A DNA stretch of 64,000 nucleotides, taken from Chiloscyllium plagiosum. Taxonomy: Eukaryota. The DNA is taken from contig NC_057719.1 of assembly GCF_004010195.1 (NCBI RefSeq), forward strand, positions 63,760,602-63,824,601. The letters run 5' to 3'. Each line of letters opens with the position of its first letter. Position 1 is the first letter of the stretch. A program made the translations under genes and the position numbers. The notes beneath the pieces are model-generated. The model saw nothing but the letters and a program-made list of their open reading frames with translations. It made no database searches and was not told where the DNA came from. Positions 1 through 13,171 of this stretch are shown piece by piece.

Positions 1-2559
1 TAAGCCATGCAAACATTTATGCTTTGGCCCGTAAATGCTAAATTAATCATTTGGAAGAATCGTTAATTGTGATTTTGCCAAGACTGACTAAGTGACTTAC
101 TGTCATGAAATACTTTCAGTATTGTACAGGCATCTGTTAATTGGGTGAAAATCACTAAATTGTATCAAAATAACATTGAATTTTCATCTTATTTACTATT
201 CTTTTCATCAATGTCACGGTGTTCCTCGGCAAATTAAACAGACATGCCAAGAGTTTATCTGAGCGTCCGTGAATTAAACCCCAATGATTGTATGGAAATA
301 ATCTATTTGAAATGCATTGTAATGATTACAAAGACATGTATGAGGCATTACAAAAGGGTCATTCATTTAAAAAAAAGTATAAACAATAAATTAATAAATA
401 TAGAAATGCTAGCAATATTTGGCCAGTCTAGCAACATCTATAGAGAGATGTTGCCACAAGGCGTTCCCTGCTTCCAGCATTTTCTGAGTTTATTTCACAT
501 TTTCTGCTCCTGCAGTATTTTATTTCTACAAATATTACTTGATTGCTGATGAAATTTGCAAAGCCATCTTGTTATACTGTACCATTGCTTGTGTGCTGTA
601 ATCAGATTTAACTAGGTTTAAATCTTTTCTAGTTAAATACAGATTAGTCATGTCAATTCATTTTTAAACCATATTGACAGTTTTCTGTATGCATGCTTTC
701 ATAATCAGTCAACTGAGTTACTTTTTAAGACCTTGTATTTTTAAATTGAAACAAATTATTTTGCAATTGAGCTTTCCAAACATTAATTTAACTGTAATTG
801 TTTGTCGTGGTACGTTTGCTATTTTTATAACTATTATTATGGAGCGTAAAACATTTCTGCATGAAAAACAGTGCTTATTATTGTAGAAGTCCACGGTACA
901 TTTGTCTCCAGTTGTCTTATATCCATATCCAATTTTTTTGTTGATTCAAGATTTTGGCTTTAGAAGCCCAAAAACTTGCAAGAATGGGAAGTGGGGGTAT
1001 CGTTTTGAGTTGGCTTAAGTATTAGCATTAGTGACCACAAAATTTGGATAATACAGAGGGCTTATCCTGAATTTAATATTTATTTTGTATATTACTGAAG
1101 TAAGAGACTTTTTTTGAAACTTTTATATCTTGTCAGGACAATTCACAAGAATTAAAAAGTGAAGGGAATACCAACATTTATATTGTATGAGAGGAGAGTG
1201 CTGATTGTTTAGCAAGTAGACTTTGATTGGTAGAGGTGTTGCTGTAGAGAATGCATCAATTATTGATGACTAACAGTTAACTGCCAGGTTTTGTTTAAGT
1301 TTTAAACTAGGCAGGATGATTCTGATTGGCCAGCAGTCAACTAGCAATCAAACATCCGCCAGTCGCCCGCCACATACCCCAACTCACTGATCCTTTTAAA
1401 TATCTCTGGCTCTTGTGCCAAATACTGGAAACAATGCATGTTATCAATGTATGTGAATGTGAAGCAAATGTACAGTAGAATTCTGGAATTACAAGCATCT
1501 TTTAACAAAAATGTTTTATGCTCCATAACAGTAATGCTATAAAATAACACATGTATCACAAATGTATCAAAAAAAACTTAGTTAAGCCAATATTTGATTT
1601 CTTTCAGCAACATTCAAGTTCTATATTGCAAAATGATTCTTTGAATATCTGTTTTGTTCATACATAAATGTTTAGTCAATTTGAATGAATTCTTCTATTT
1701 TCAATGTATTTCATAACTTCAATGGTCTTTTAATGTTAAGCCTTCTATATCAATTATTAATCAGACCATCTTTGTAAACCATAATAATATTGTGGTTTGG
1801 ATTTTAACTTTGCTGTGTTAGTACTAGGGAGCCTTTGGGGATCCTAGATATCTCAGTGGCGTGTTTGTGGGTGGCCTTTTAACCCTACTACTGCATTAAC
1901 ATCTGACAATTTGGTTTACTGTTCAACTGACGTGATTAGGTCTGGTAACAGCTTGCATGAATGCATTTCAACTGAAGGAGCCATGCTAGAATGAAAGTTG
2001 AAGAATAGTCCCACAATTTCAACACAGCCTAAAACTACAGTGGTGGGCTTTCAATTCTGTAAGGCAGCAGTTTGCTTCACCAATGCCTTTGTTGAGTTGA
2101 TGATGCAGTTTGTAGAGCCCCACAGGGCAGAATCCAAGCCAAAGGAAGATAGAGGTTAGCCACAGAGAACAAGAAGACAGTAATGTGCTGCCATCTTGTA
2201 AACAGTGCCAAAAGTGGCTTAAAACAGAGTGGCACAGCCTTCTTAAGTATGCTCTGATTTGCGTTTAACTCTCTGCCCCCAATCTGTCTTCCTAAATCTA
2301 CTCCTGCAATCGCTTTTCAAAGCAACTAGCCTTGTAACTTCACCAACCCTTCTCTGTCTCAGCAGTCCACCACCCCTACACCAATTCACATCCTTTCCTA
2401 TCAATCCATCCATCCATCTATCCACCACTAACACTCAGCCTCATGCCAGTACATTTTCGCATTCTCCCTCATAAGGTTCCTCTACAAATGTTGTTGATCT
2501 TTCCATTCAATAAACTCTATCACTCTTACACGTCATTTCATCTTGCCTTCCTTCCAGTA

Positions 2560-3230
2560 GGTGAATTAAGAAGGACCAACATGGATTTCTTGAGAGGAAA
2601 ATCATGTTTAGGTAACTTGGTGCAGTGTTTCAAAGAGGTAACTGAGAGGGTCGATGAAGGTATGCTGTTGAAGTGATGTACATGGGCTTTTTGATACAGT
2701 GCCATGCAACAGCGTAGTCAACCAAGTTAAAGCTCATGGAATCATAGGGATAATAACCAGGAGGATGCAAAATTTGCTGGGTTTTAAGAAATAGAGAGTA
2801 GTGGTCAGGGATATTTTTTGGGCTGCAGAAAGATTTGTCGTGCAGTCACCCGGGGAGCTTTTGATTTTGACGAAGTTTTATCTTTGTTAATGCTGCCCCC
2901 TAATGCCATAAGTCATTAACATTATTGATAACCACTGAGGTCAAGCTGCTTTGCTACACCTTTATTTCTGTTCAGGACTGCATTCCTTTTATGACTGTAA
3001 GTGTGAATAATTTGTTTTAATACAAGGTGGGCAAATGGTAACAACATGACGGCATTAATCAGGAATTGGAATTCTTGCTTTTTCTGATTTGTATCTGATC
3101 TAGCCTGTGTACAGGGGACAATTTCAAAGATTGCGGGCAATGCAAAACTTGGAAACATTTAAAACTGAGGAGGATAAGGGAACAGAACAGTTAATAAAGT
3201 AGATAGTATACTGGGCCTTATTTTTAGGGC
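2560..3230 (+). mobile_element. Degraded CR1-type LINE reverse transcriptase fragment, interrupted by a ~210-bp local insertion
   Basis: Reads ..FLRGKSCLGNLVQCFKEVTERVDEG.. (CR1 QHGF..GKSCLTNL.EFFEEVT..VDEG) and resumes after 3063 with LLFLI..DL..VQGTISK.A..AKLG-like sequence. Confidence 0.75.
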
Positions 3231-3545
3231 CAAAAACAGAAGTTGCTGGAAAAGCTCAGCAGGTCTGGCAGCATCTGTGCAGAGAAATCAAAGTTAATGT
3301 TACAGGTCTGGTGACCCTTCCTCAGAACTGATGATAGCTATGTAGATGATAGAGTGTGGGGGCGGGTGGGGAGGTATAAGAAGTAAACAATAGGTAGGGA
3401 CAGAGCTCCAAGAGAGAGAAGAATAGGTGGGCGTACAAAGGAGTGGATAACAATCTGGCTGGGAGAGTGTATAGCTATTAATGGCAAATATAAATCCGTG
3501 ACAATCGTGAGCACTTTGGAGTAGCACCGGACCGTGATTAGGAAA
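3231..3545 (-). mobile_element. Penelope-like element terminal (pLTR) fragment with decayed hammerhead motif
   Basis: aaaacagaagttgctggaaaagctcagcaggtctggcagcatc resembles other PLE ends in the window. The minus strand carries ctgaggaagggtc-acca-gacc followed by a decayed GAAA. Confidence 0.6.
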
Positions 3546-5934
3546 GGTATGCTCCCCATGATTTCATGCAATACGTTTTGTCAGTGCTCAAGGTCTGAGT
3601 TTGGAGAATTTCTTCAACACCATGAGATCATTATTTAAATCCAGTCAATGCATTAGTGACAGGGAAAAAGCAGTAGAATTGCACTAAGAGATAGTGCTCA
3701 TTTGGAAAAGCCTCCTCCTGCACCGTAACAATTCTGCGATTCTGTGAATTCTACAAAAGTCCTTTAATATCACCTTACAAGCCTATGGCCTCTGCCACTT
3801 AGAAAGGAAGCAGACACATGGGAACACCACTACCTGCAAGTTCTAACCACATTGCATTCTGATTTGGAACTGTATCCCCATGTATTTACTATCATTGGAT
3901 CAAAATTCTGGAACTCGCCTTCCATCAGCACTGTGGGTGTAGAGATGGACTGTAGTGATTCTGCACCACCTCAAGGGCAATTAGGGATCGGTAACATGTT
4001 CTGGCCTTGCTAGCAATGCCTGTATCCCATGAAAGAATTTTTAAAAATCCTCTCCTGCACTGTTTACATTCCATTCCTGTTGCCCTGCATCCTAACCATA
4101 TAGATATGAAAACCTCTTGTAGCTCGTTTTGCCAGGATCTGGTCTTTAGTTAGGATCTCTTTGAAAAGAAAATATAACAGCTACCATGAACCTGACAGCT
4201 TTATACATGAGGCTAGGATACAGTCATTAAGTAGGCTATGACTGTATCGTACTAGTCACCTTGGTGTTGATTAGTGATACTTTGCAGAGGAATTTAAGTG
4301 GAGCTTTTTTTGACTAGATATTGTTTTTCCTTTTTAAGGCTGCCCCCTAATGCCATAAGTCATAAACACTGTTACTAACCACAGAGGTCAAGCTGCCATG
4401 CTGCACCTTTATTTCTGGTTAGGGCTGCGTTCCTTTTATTACTATAAGCATGAGTAATTTGTTTCAATGCAAGGTGGCCAAACAATGACAACACCACAGT
4501 GTTGTCAGGTCTAACAATAATTGTGCTAGAGTGGGTATTGAAAGTGTATCAGGTTATTTTTGTTAATAATTGGCTCAGCTTTGTTATTGTTGCTTGCCAG
4601 TGAATTCTGACTGGTACTATAGTTAAGGGTTAGGAAAGTAGGTGTTGTTCTTCTGTTTAGATTCACAGAGAAGCAATTAAAGAAAAGTAGGATGTCAACT
4701 TGAAATGGAATTGCTTGTTTAGAACCAAAGTCGGAGAAGAATAAAAAACACTCTGACACCTTTTTTTAAGTATTCATCTCATTGCATCAAAATGTAAAAT
4801 GTGCCAGTTGGTAAGGTATTTCAGGGAAGGGTTATAGGCATTCTTAACCACTGCTGCATTGTCAGTCTTAAGCAAATTCACGGCTTCAGACATTGTTCTG
4901 TATTTAGTTCAGTTTAGAATGAGCAGACAGGAATAGGTGTTTGTGTGCTTTATGGCTGTTAATCTTTGGAGTACCGCCAACATAATAACTAGCTTCAGCG
5001 AGTCTGCTTACCCTCCTCATGGATGAGTCATCTTGCTCAATGCTTTGCCTACATGCACTTCCTGGGTCACACTGAGAATTGTGTGAAAAAGGCGTCCCTC
5101 GTCACTATAAAAATGTAATCAGGTTAAACTTCAATCATCCCTCTCTTGATTGGCTACATGATAAACAGTGTTCTTTTTGAAGCAGATTCTCAGCAAATCA
5201 GAGAAAGATTTAATCTACTTGGTCCCAGTTCAAAAAAATTGAAAGAGAATGAGGAGGCATGGAAAATCAGGTAGGTTTATAGAATTAAAGACCTACATAA
5301 AATTAAGAAAAAAATTTAAAAATCAAATATTTGGAGATAAATATGTAAGCTGAAGCAAAAATCCGAAATAAACGCTTTTTTAACTTGTTGAATCTTTTGA
5401 GTTATATTTTAATATTAATAGAATGTCATTAGTGTTGTTATAGAAACAGACTAAGTTTGTTATCATTGTCGTCCATGTTCTGGTACATACTGCAGCAATA
5501 TTCGTTGGTTTCATATGTAACCCTATCCCTCGCAGATTTTTAAGTCAGTTTAACTCTGCTCAAAGGAGTAAATTCAATCCTAAATTGAACAGTTTCAGAA
5601 AAGGACAAACTATTGAGGGCAAGCCAGCACAATTTAAAATCCTAAGGCTTTTATTTTAAATTGTAAGCTAGAAGAGATTTAGCAGTCATGCATTGGAACT
5701 GTTCTATTAGCTTGTAGTGAATGAATCTCTGGCAACATAGAGCATTCATCCCTTCTTGAATTTTAAGCAGTACGATAGAATCAGTACTCATTTAACATTG
5801 ATACTTTTATGGAATTAATTCCCATCATTCAAATGACTTCAGCCAATTCAATTCACTCTGTGTGATATGTTGCGTCCACTGGATGTGTGCGTATGTGGGC
5901 ACCTGGCAAGATTATGGGCTTCAGAAACATGCCG

Positions 5935-6345
5935 GCCACAGTACCAAAGACTTGTGCTCAGGATGAGCAAGCTGCTCCAGTATAGCCTCAATACTGGCAC
6001 TTGCCCAACAATTTCAAAGTCTGCCCAAGTTTATCATGTCAAACAAAAAGCAGAATTATCTGATCTTCCAATGAACACCCAGTCCACCTACTCTGAATCA
6101 TCAGCGAACTGATAGAAGCAAAGTGCCCATCAACAGTAAACTGATCACTGGCTTGGGCTTTGTTAGGACCACCTAGCTCCAGACCTCATTTCAACTTTGG
6201 TTCAAATGCAGCAAAGGAGCTGAAGTTAAGGGGAGGTGAAAGTACCCTTGGCATCAAGCATTATTTGATCAATTGGTACACCAAGGAATTTGCATTACTG
6301 CTTTCCTACTTTGGTTCATATCATACTATGATCAGTGATATTGAT
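5935..6345 (+). mobile_element. Degraded LINE RT fragment (second CR1-group family)
   Basis: ORF 5867..6112 contains SKLLQYSLNTGTCPTISKSAQVYHVKQK, a decayed KLFQYS.NTG..P..WK.AQV.PV.KK RT-proximal motif; same family as 57545-59020. Confidence 0.65.
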
Positions 6346-6450
6346 GTTTAGTAAAATTCACAATAAACTTAAAAGCTTTTCTGGTTAGCCTTTGTTAGTG
6401 TCTGCATGTTGCCACTAATCTGTTGATTTTGGTAAAGCGGAATTACAATC

Positions 6451-7886
6451 TAGAACATAACATTACAACACAGTACACACCCTTTGGCCCTCGATGTTGC
6501 ACCGACCTGTGACACCAATCTGAAGCCCATCTAACCTACACTATTCCATTCTTGTCCAATGACCATTTAACTGCCCTTAAAGTTGCAAGCAGTGCATTCT
6601 ACGCCCATACTACTCTCTGAGTAGTGAAACTACCTCTGACATCTGTCCTATATCTATCACCCCTCAATTTAAGGCTATGTCCCCTCGTGCTAGCATTCGC
6701 CATCCGAGGAAAAAGGATCTCACTGTCCAACCGATCTAACGCTCTGATTATCTTATATGTCTCAATTAAGTCGCCTCTCAACTTTCTTCTCCCTAACGAA
6801 AACAGCCTAAAGTCCTTCAGTCTTTCCTCATAAGACCTTCCCTCCATACTAGGCAACATCCTTGTAAATCTACTCTATACCCTTTCCAAACCTTCCTATA
6901 CCACGGTGACCATAACTGTATGCAATACTCCAAATGTGGCCGCACCAGTGTTTTGTACAGTTGCAGCATGATCTCATGGTGCCGAAACTCAATCCCTTTA
7001 CCAATAAAAGCTAACACACCGTATGCCTTCTTAACCCTATCAACCTAGGTGGCAACTTTCAAGGATCTATGTACCTAGACACCAAGATCTCTCTGCTCAT
7101 CTACACTACCAAGAATCTTACCATTAGCCCGGTACTCTGCATTCCTGTTACTCCTTCCAAAGTGATTCACCTCACACTTTTCTGCATTAAACTCCATTTG
7201 CCACCTCTCAGCCAGCTCTGCAGCTTATCTATGTCTCTCTGTAACCTAAGCATCCATCGTCACTATTCACAACTCTACCGACCTTTGTGTCATCTGCAAA
7301 TTTACTAACCCATCCTTCTATGCCTTCATCCAGGTCGTTTATAAAAATGACAAATAGCAGTGGACACAAAACAGACCCGTGCAGTACCCCACTAGTAACT
7401 GAATTCCAGGATGAACATTTCCCATCAACCACCACCCTGTGTCTTCTTTCAGCTAGTCAATTTCTGATCCAAACCACTAAATCACCCTCAAACCCATGCC
7501 TCTGTATTTTGTGCAATAGCCTACCATAAAGAACCTTGGCAAACGCCTTACTGAAATCCATATACACCATATCAACCGCTTTATCCTCATCCACCTGTTT
7601 GGTCACCTTCTCAAAGAACTCAATAAGGTTTGTGAGGTACAACATACCCTTCACAAAACCATGTTGACTATCCCTAATCAACTTATTCCTCTCTGGATGA
7701 TTATAAATCCGATCTCTTAAAACCCTTTCCAACACTTGATCCACAACTGAAGTATGGCTCACAGGTCTATCATTTCCAGGGTTGTCTCCACCCCACTTCT
7801 TGAACAGGGAACAGCATTTGCTATCCTCCAGTCTTCTGGTACTATTCCTGTAGACAATGATGACATAAAGATCAAAGCCAAAGGCT
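6451..7886 (-). mobile_element. 5'-truncated CR1/HER1-like LINE (RT C-terminal half and 3' UTR), frameshifted
   Basis: Minus-strand ORFs give SQHGFVKG..LTNLIEFFEKVT, SGVLHGSVLCPLLFVIFINDLD..SKFADDTKVG, YKTLVRPHLEYC and SYEERL..L.LFSL.RR.LRGDLIETYKI. Confidence 0.93.
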
Positions 7887-8502
7887 TTGTACCCCTAATA
7901 ATTTTGTTGTTGTTACTGCGCACACAAGTTTGTTTTGAAGAAGTGTTGGGAACTACTTTGGTTGCCTAACTCAGAGAAGGTGCATGAATGTCAAGACAAG
8001 TTGCTGGGTAACCTGGCTTAGATGGACCAAGTCCTTCGCCATGTCAGCAGTTCCTTTTTTGATGGTACTTAGCAATACTCAGTTAGGTACTGGCAAGAGG
8101 TTGCCTCATTAAAAAGAACTTGTGTTATTGGAAGATGGTTGAATCACCTCGGTTATTGTACTGTGCTATTGCCAAATTGATTTTTATGTCCACTCAGATT
8201 TTTAGCTAGAGGATGACAGTGAGAGTTAGGGACTTGTTGCTGCTTGAGTAAGGTGGACTAGACTATTGTAACCCTCAAGATTCATTTGACTCCCATCGGC
8301 TGATTTCCCACCCATTCCTTGTCTCTCCAGAAGAGTGTTCTTGTTCCTTCAAACCCTGAAAACAAAACAATTTGCGCCTCTTCCGACCCCACATTAATCT
8401 AGTAGAAAACCCATTTCAGCTTTCCAGTTGAATCAAACCATCCAATGAAAATTGCACTCCGATCCCAAAGATTTAATTGAAGCACAATAAATAAATGTAC
8501 AA

Positions 8503-8551
8503 ATATATATATATATATGTGTGTGTGAGTGTGTGTGTGCGTGTGTGTGTG
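8503..8551. repeat. Compound (AT)n(GT)n microsatellite
   Basis: atatatatatatatatgtgtgtgtgagtgtgtgtgtgcgtgtgtgtgtg. Confidence 0.95.
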
Positions 8552-11500
8552 CAGACCAGCTTAAAGTTCAGAATAGTTGGTTTCTGGTAAGCAAATGATT
8601 GGTGTGCTGGTCAGATTAAAATTGCTCCTAAGGTGAGACCATAAGATACAGGAGCAGGAGTCGTCCATTCAGTCTATCGAGTCTGCTTCGCTATTCAATG
8701 AGATCATGGCTGATCTGGTAACTCTCAATTCCAGTTTCCTGCCTTTTCTCCGTAACCCCTAATTCGCTTACTAATTAAAAACCTAATTTGAATTACACCA
8801 GCCACCACAATAGGATTTGAACTGAGTAGCATTATGCTGAAATAAATGGGGCTTTAGATGTATGGATTTGCTGACCCCTATTACATGCAAATGAGCTGTA
8901 CGCAACCATTGGAATTATTAGATAACAGTTATTACCTGCCTTTCTTTCATCGTTGATCATGTTAGGCATTGCCATTCCATCAAATCATCTTTCATATTTA
9001 GATGATTTCTGTGAAAGATCATACCTTTTTGCTTTATTTAAATTTAAGTTCAGTTACATAATTAAGCAGTGGTATAAATAGTAATGCATTCTTTTTAATC
9101 AGCAATGCTTACTAACGTGCTCTCAGCTTATGTCATGGCAAACTTATGATATATTATGATATTGAGCCAGAGATTGGTGAATCTATAGATTTCATTGCCA
9201 CAGGAGATTGTGGAACCAGGTCACTGAGTATATTTAAAACAGAGTTAGATAAGTTCTTGGTTACCAAGGGGATCAAAGATTATGGGGAGAAAGTGGGAAA
9301 ATGAGTTTGAAATGAGGTTCAACCATGAGCGAACAGCAGAGCAGACTCAGTAGGCCGAATGGTCGAATTTCTGTTCCTAATTAGCACCTTTAAAGAGATT
9401 TTAGCTTCATATTGGGGACCATAATTTTCTGTAATGGTCTTTATCAAAATTTCAATGATTATACAGTATTTTTCTAAGTGATCTTTAAAATTAATAAATG
9501 CTGTTAATTTGTGGATACCATTGTCAATTCCTGTTTTGAAAGGCACTGCCCATGCATGTCATAACTTGGGCAACAAATGCAGGTATTGCCTGTGACACCC
9601 ACATTTCATGAAGCAATAAAAAAAAAATTCCGCTTCAAATTTATGTAAAAACTGATAACACTGTAATGCCTTCCAGCCCTTTAACCTGCACTTTTGAGGA
9701 AATTGCTTGGGAGCGTAGAAACAGGAAGAAGTAACCCATTCAGCCCTTAAAGCTAGTTTTTTATATTTTAATCATTCACACAACATGGTCAACCTGGCGT
9801 GGCCAATGTTTATTGCCCACCCCAAATTGCATCTGACTGTGTAGCTTGCTATTTCAGTTACAGGTAACTATATTAGTATGGGTCTGGAGATACAAAAGGC
9901 GAATCTGGCTCAGGATAGCAGATTTCCTTCCCAGAAGTTAGGCTTTCTACAGAACATGAGTTCTATTTTAGCTTTTTAGTTTGATTTATTTACTTGCTAA
10001 GTTTAAAATCCCTATCCACTCTGGTGGAATTTGAACTCATGTCCGGCAATCACTAGTCCAGGCTTCCAGAATGCTAATCCAATAGCATAATCACTATGTA
10101 AGTTAATGTTGTTACTTTATTATGATGTAAGGAACTTTTATTTCAAATGTTAGATAGTTGAGTGTGTGAGGAAGATGTGATCAATCACATTTAAGAGAGT
10201 AATTCAAAACTGAAAGGCAATTAAACTCTAACCTTCTCTCATATTTACTAAAAAGTGATTATACTTTGTAGTCTTGAAGATGCACAATTCCAATTTAGAA
10301 ACTGAATAATATATTCTACAACACAAGGTGTAATTACTGTCCCCATAAACTATTGACTTACTGTGAGCAACATTACAATGGCAGTTCAGGGTCTTTAGTG
10401 TTTCTGATTTACATCAGTGCATAAATCAAATCCTAGGTTTAAATTGGGCAAATTGGAAGGCATTACACAGCTGGGGAGTAATGAAACGCTGAGGAACTTA
10501 ATAAAAGTTAAGACAATAGTCCTGAAATTGCTCAAAAGTAACAGTGAATTAGCAGAACTTAGTATTTTGCAAGAAATCTAGCATTTTGTGGCAGTGAGGA
10601 GAAATGACAAGATTTCTGATTCTTTGCAAATTGCTGGACAATCTGTACCACTCTACCATTAACCTCAACAAAATTGAAAAAAGTTGGAATTGCCTTGAGT
10701 CTCTCAATTAAATTGATGACAAGTTGTGAAATTGCTGCATTTATGGTAAAAATACAAATCCATTTAGTGCTGGCAATTTATAAGCACTTCCTTCATGATG
10801 CAATTTGTGGTCCTGATCTGACACTCAACTTTAGAAGCCTAGAAAGGAAAGTGATTAAACCATGGAGTCTCACAATTAGGGGCAGTAAATTGTTCTGTGC
10901 ATTTTGAAAATGCTTTTTGTCTATCTTGATGGTACGTTTTTGCCCTCATTTTCAGGATCCAAAGCTGCAAATAAGATTAAAAATTCAGTGATACTGTAAT
11001 GTTTGCATGTTGTGCACACCATTAGTCCAGTTGTCTTTCTGGTCTCCTGCACAACTACAAACTCATGATGAAAGAGCAAGGCAATCAGATCCCACTCTGC
11101 CAGTTTCAAGGAAAGGCTTGAGAGAGCAAGGTACTCATGGTGTGAGAATTTCAGTCTGCACCTCAGAATTATTCTGTGTACCCTATAATGAACATTTCAG
11201 TCAATGTTAATGTCAATATTAAGTCCAATTTTTCTTGAGTCCTTGTGACATGGATAAGATGATGAAGTACAATCATATTAGCTGTTAAATGCTTTTCAAA
11301 GGTCTTCTGTCCATTTGTCTTTGTACGTCATTGTAACTGCTAACAATTATGAGGAAGTAGTTATTTCCATGGAGTCGAGCAAACATTTAGAAACTGAAAT
11401 TGCTTTCTTAAGTGATTTGCATTGGCATATTAATCCATTCACTGACTTCTCAAAAATGATCATTTCTGGATTAGAGCAGTGCCATGTTATAACAAATGTA

Positions 11501-12254
11501 GAAACAGAAAGATAGTCAAAAGGAGTGGTGGTGCAAGGGATAGAGGCTTTTAGATTCCTGAGACATTGAGACCACTTCAGGAATGGGAAAAACCTACACA
11601 AATTGTATGAGTTACTGTTGAGAAGGACTGGGGCTAACATCCTCAAGGGCAGGTGTACTCATGCTACAAGGAAAGGTTTAGACTAATGTAAAAGGGTTTG
11701 GGGTGTTGGCGAAATAAAGATATACTAGCAGCAAAGAGCAGAGACAACATGCATCAGTAGATGGAAGGAACAAATAGCAAAAAAGTAAGGAATTGTGTAG
11801 AAAGAGCAGGAATTAGACTGAATGAAAAGCAAAGTTAAATGGCATGATATTAGAATGTATGTGTTAATACGGGGAGTATTAAGAAATAAGGTTCATGAGC
11901 TGCAGCCATAAGTTACAACATGGGCTTATGGTGTTATTTGGTATCATAAATACTTAGCTGAAAAGGAACTAAATATTGATGGCCACAATTTATTCGGAAG
12001 CGATGATGTGGAAAAGAAAAAGAAGAGGGAGTATTGACAGGATTTGTAGTAGCTATATTAAAGAATCATAGAATGATTATCGAGAAGAAGATGGTGGTGT
12101 AGTGGTCATTATCACTAGTTCAGTAATCCAGATGTCCAAGCTCATAATTTGGGAGCATGGAGTTCAAAACCCACTATCGCATTTGGTTGAATTTAAAGGA
12201 GAGATAATGGAATATTCGAAAATTAGTAATCCAGAGTCCCAGACTAATGATCTC

Positions 12255-12377
12255 CTTCACGTTCATGGAAGTCTGAAAATGCTGAATCTCGTCTGATCTC
12301 AGAAATTAAACAGATTCTGACCTGCTTAGTACTTGGATGGGGAAGACTGCCTGGGAATATCAAGCGCAAGTCGGCTT
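12255..12377 (+). pseudogene. 5S rRNA pseudogene (near full length, diverged)
   Basis: Contains atctcgtctgatctc, ttagtacttggatggg, agactgcctgggaata and a terminal ggctt, collinear with vertebrate 5S rRNA; box A and the 5' helix are degenerate. Confidence 0.88.
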
Positions 12378-12384
12378 CAAAGAG

Positions 12385-12495
12385 AGCTCTTGTGGCACAG
12401 TGGTGTCCCTGCTTCTGAGGCAGAAGGCCCAAGTCCATACACATCGGCTCCAGAGATGTATCATAATGTCTCTGAACAGGTTAATTGAAAATGTC
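12385..12495 (+). mobile_element. Short (~110-bp) tRNA-like SINE
   Basis: cttgtggcacagtggtgtccct..ctgag..ggcccaagtcc..ctccagagatgtatcataatgtctctgaacaggtt; homologous copies at ~19750-19850 and three in 50420-50795. Confidence 0.65.
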
Positions 12496-13171
12496 CATAA
12501 TGACGACAGAAGGGCTTAATAATTCAAAGACAGAATACATTTAGGGTAGATTCAAGATGGGATTCTACAATAATCGTCCAATTAATGAGAAGATGGAAGA
12601 GAAAATCTCTAGACAAATTTCTGGAAAATACAAAAAAATTGAGAGCAATTATCATTCAGGATTTTGTTATGAATGTGACTTTCTTTGGCTTCAGGGCTCC
12701 AGTGCAAGTGTTTCCATGATGTTATTTCTGAGAACTCCAATTCCCAACATGGGCTGGGACTCCTAGTGCATGCATAGAATGAGATGAGCCACGAGCTCAG
12801 ACCAACCTCCTGAATTTTCCTTGGCCATTGCAGAAGTTGGGGAGTCCCATGACAGGAAAGTGAGTCAGATTGACAGGAGCAGAGAAACAGACTCCAGGCA
12901 GGAAAGTGCTACTGTTGGGAAAGCAGCTAAAGGCCAATGGGTCTGTGTAGTTCAGGAAGCGGTCCCAGGAGCTGTTTGGTAGTTTTATGCAGTTAGAAGT
13001 AGTCCTGGGGAGCTGAAGTGGTGGTGAAAGGTTGATGGCTGTGTTGGAAAGAGCTGGGACTTAGAAAAATCCCTGGGAATCATTGATTGTTCGCTTGGGA
13101 GTGATTGAAGGGTATAAGAGGAAACAGAAAGATTAGCAAAGCACATACATGAGAACTCAGAAACCTCTTCG

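Noticed and set aside
5194..5270. Possible gephyrin C4-type cassette beginning QIR with a cag|GTaggt donor
   Set aside because: Similarity ends after three residues, the 77-nt length is not frame-preserving, the acceptor is poor, and there is a stop in the phase-1 reading.
12255..12377. Functional 5S rRNA gene
   Set aside because: Many substitutions in box A and the 5' helix, no T-run terminator, single copy embedded among TEs; treated as a pseudogene.
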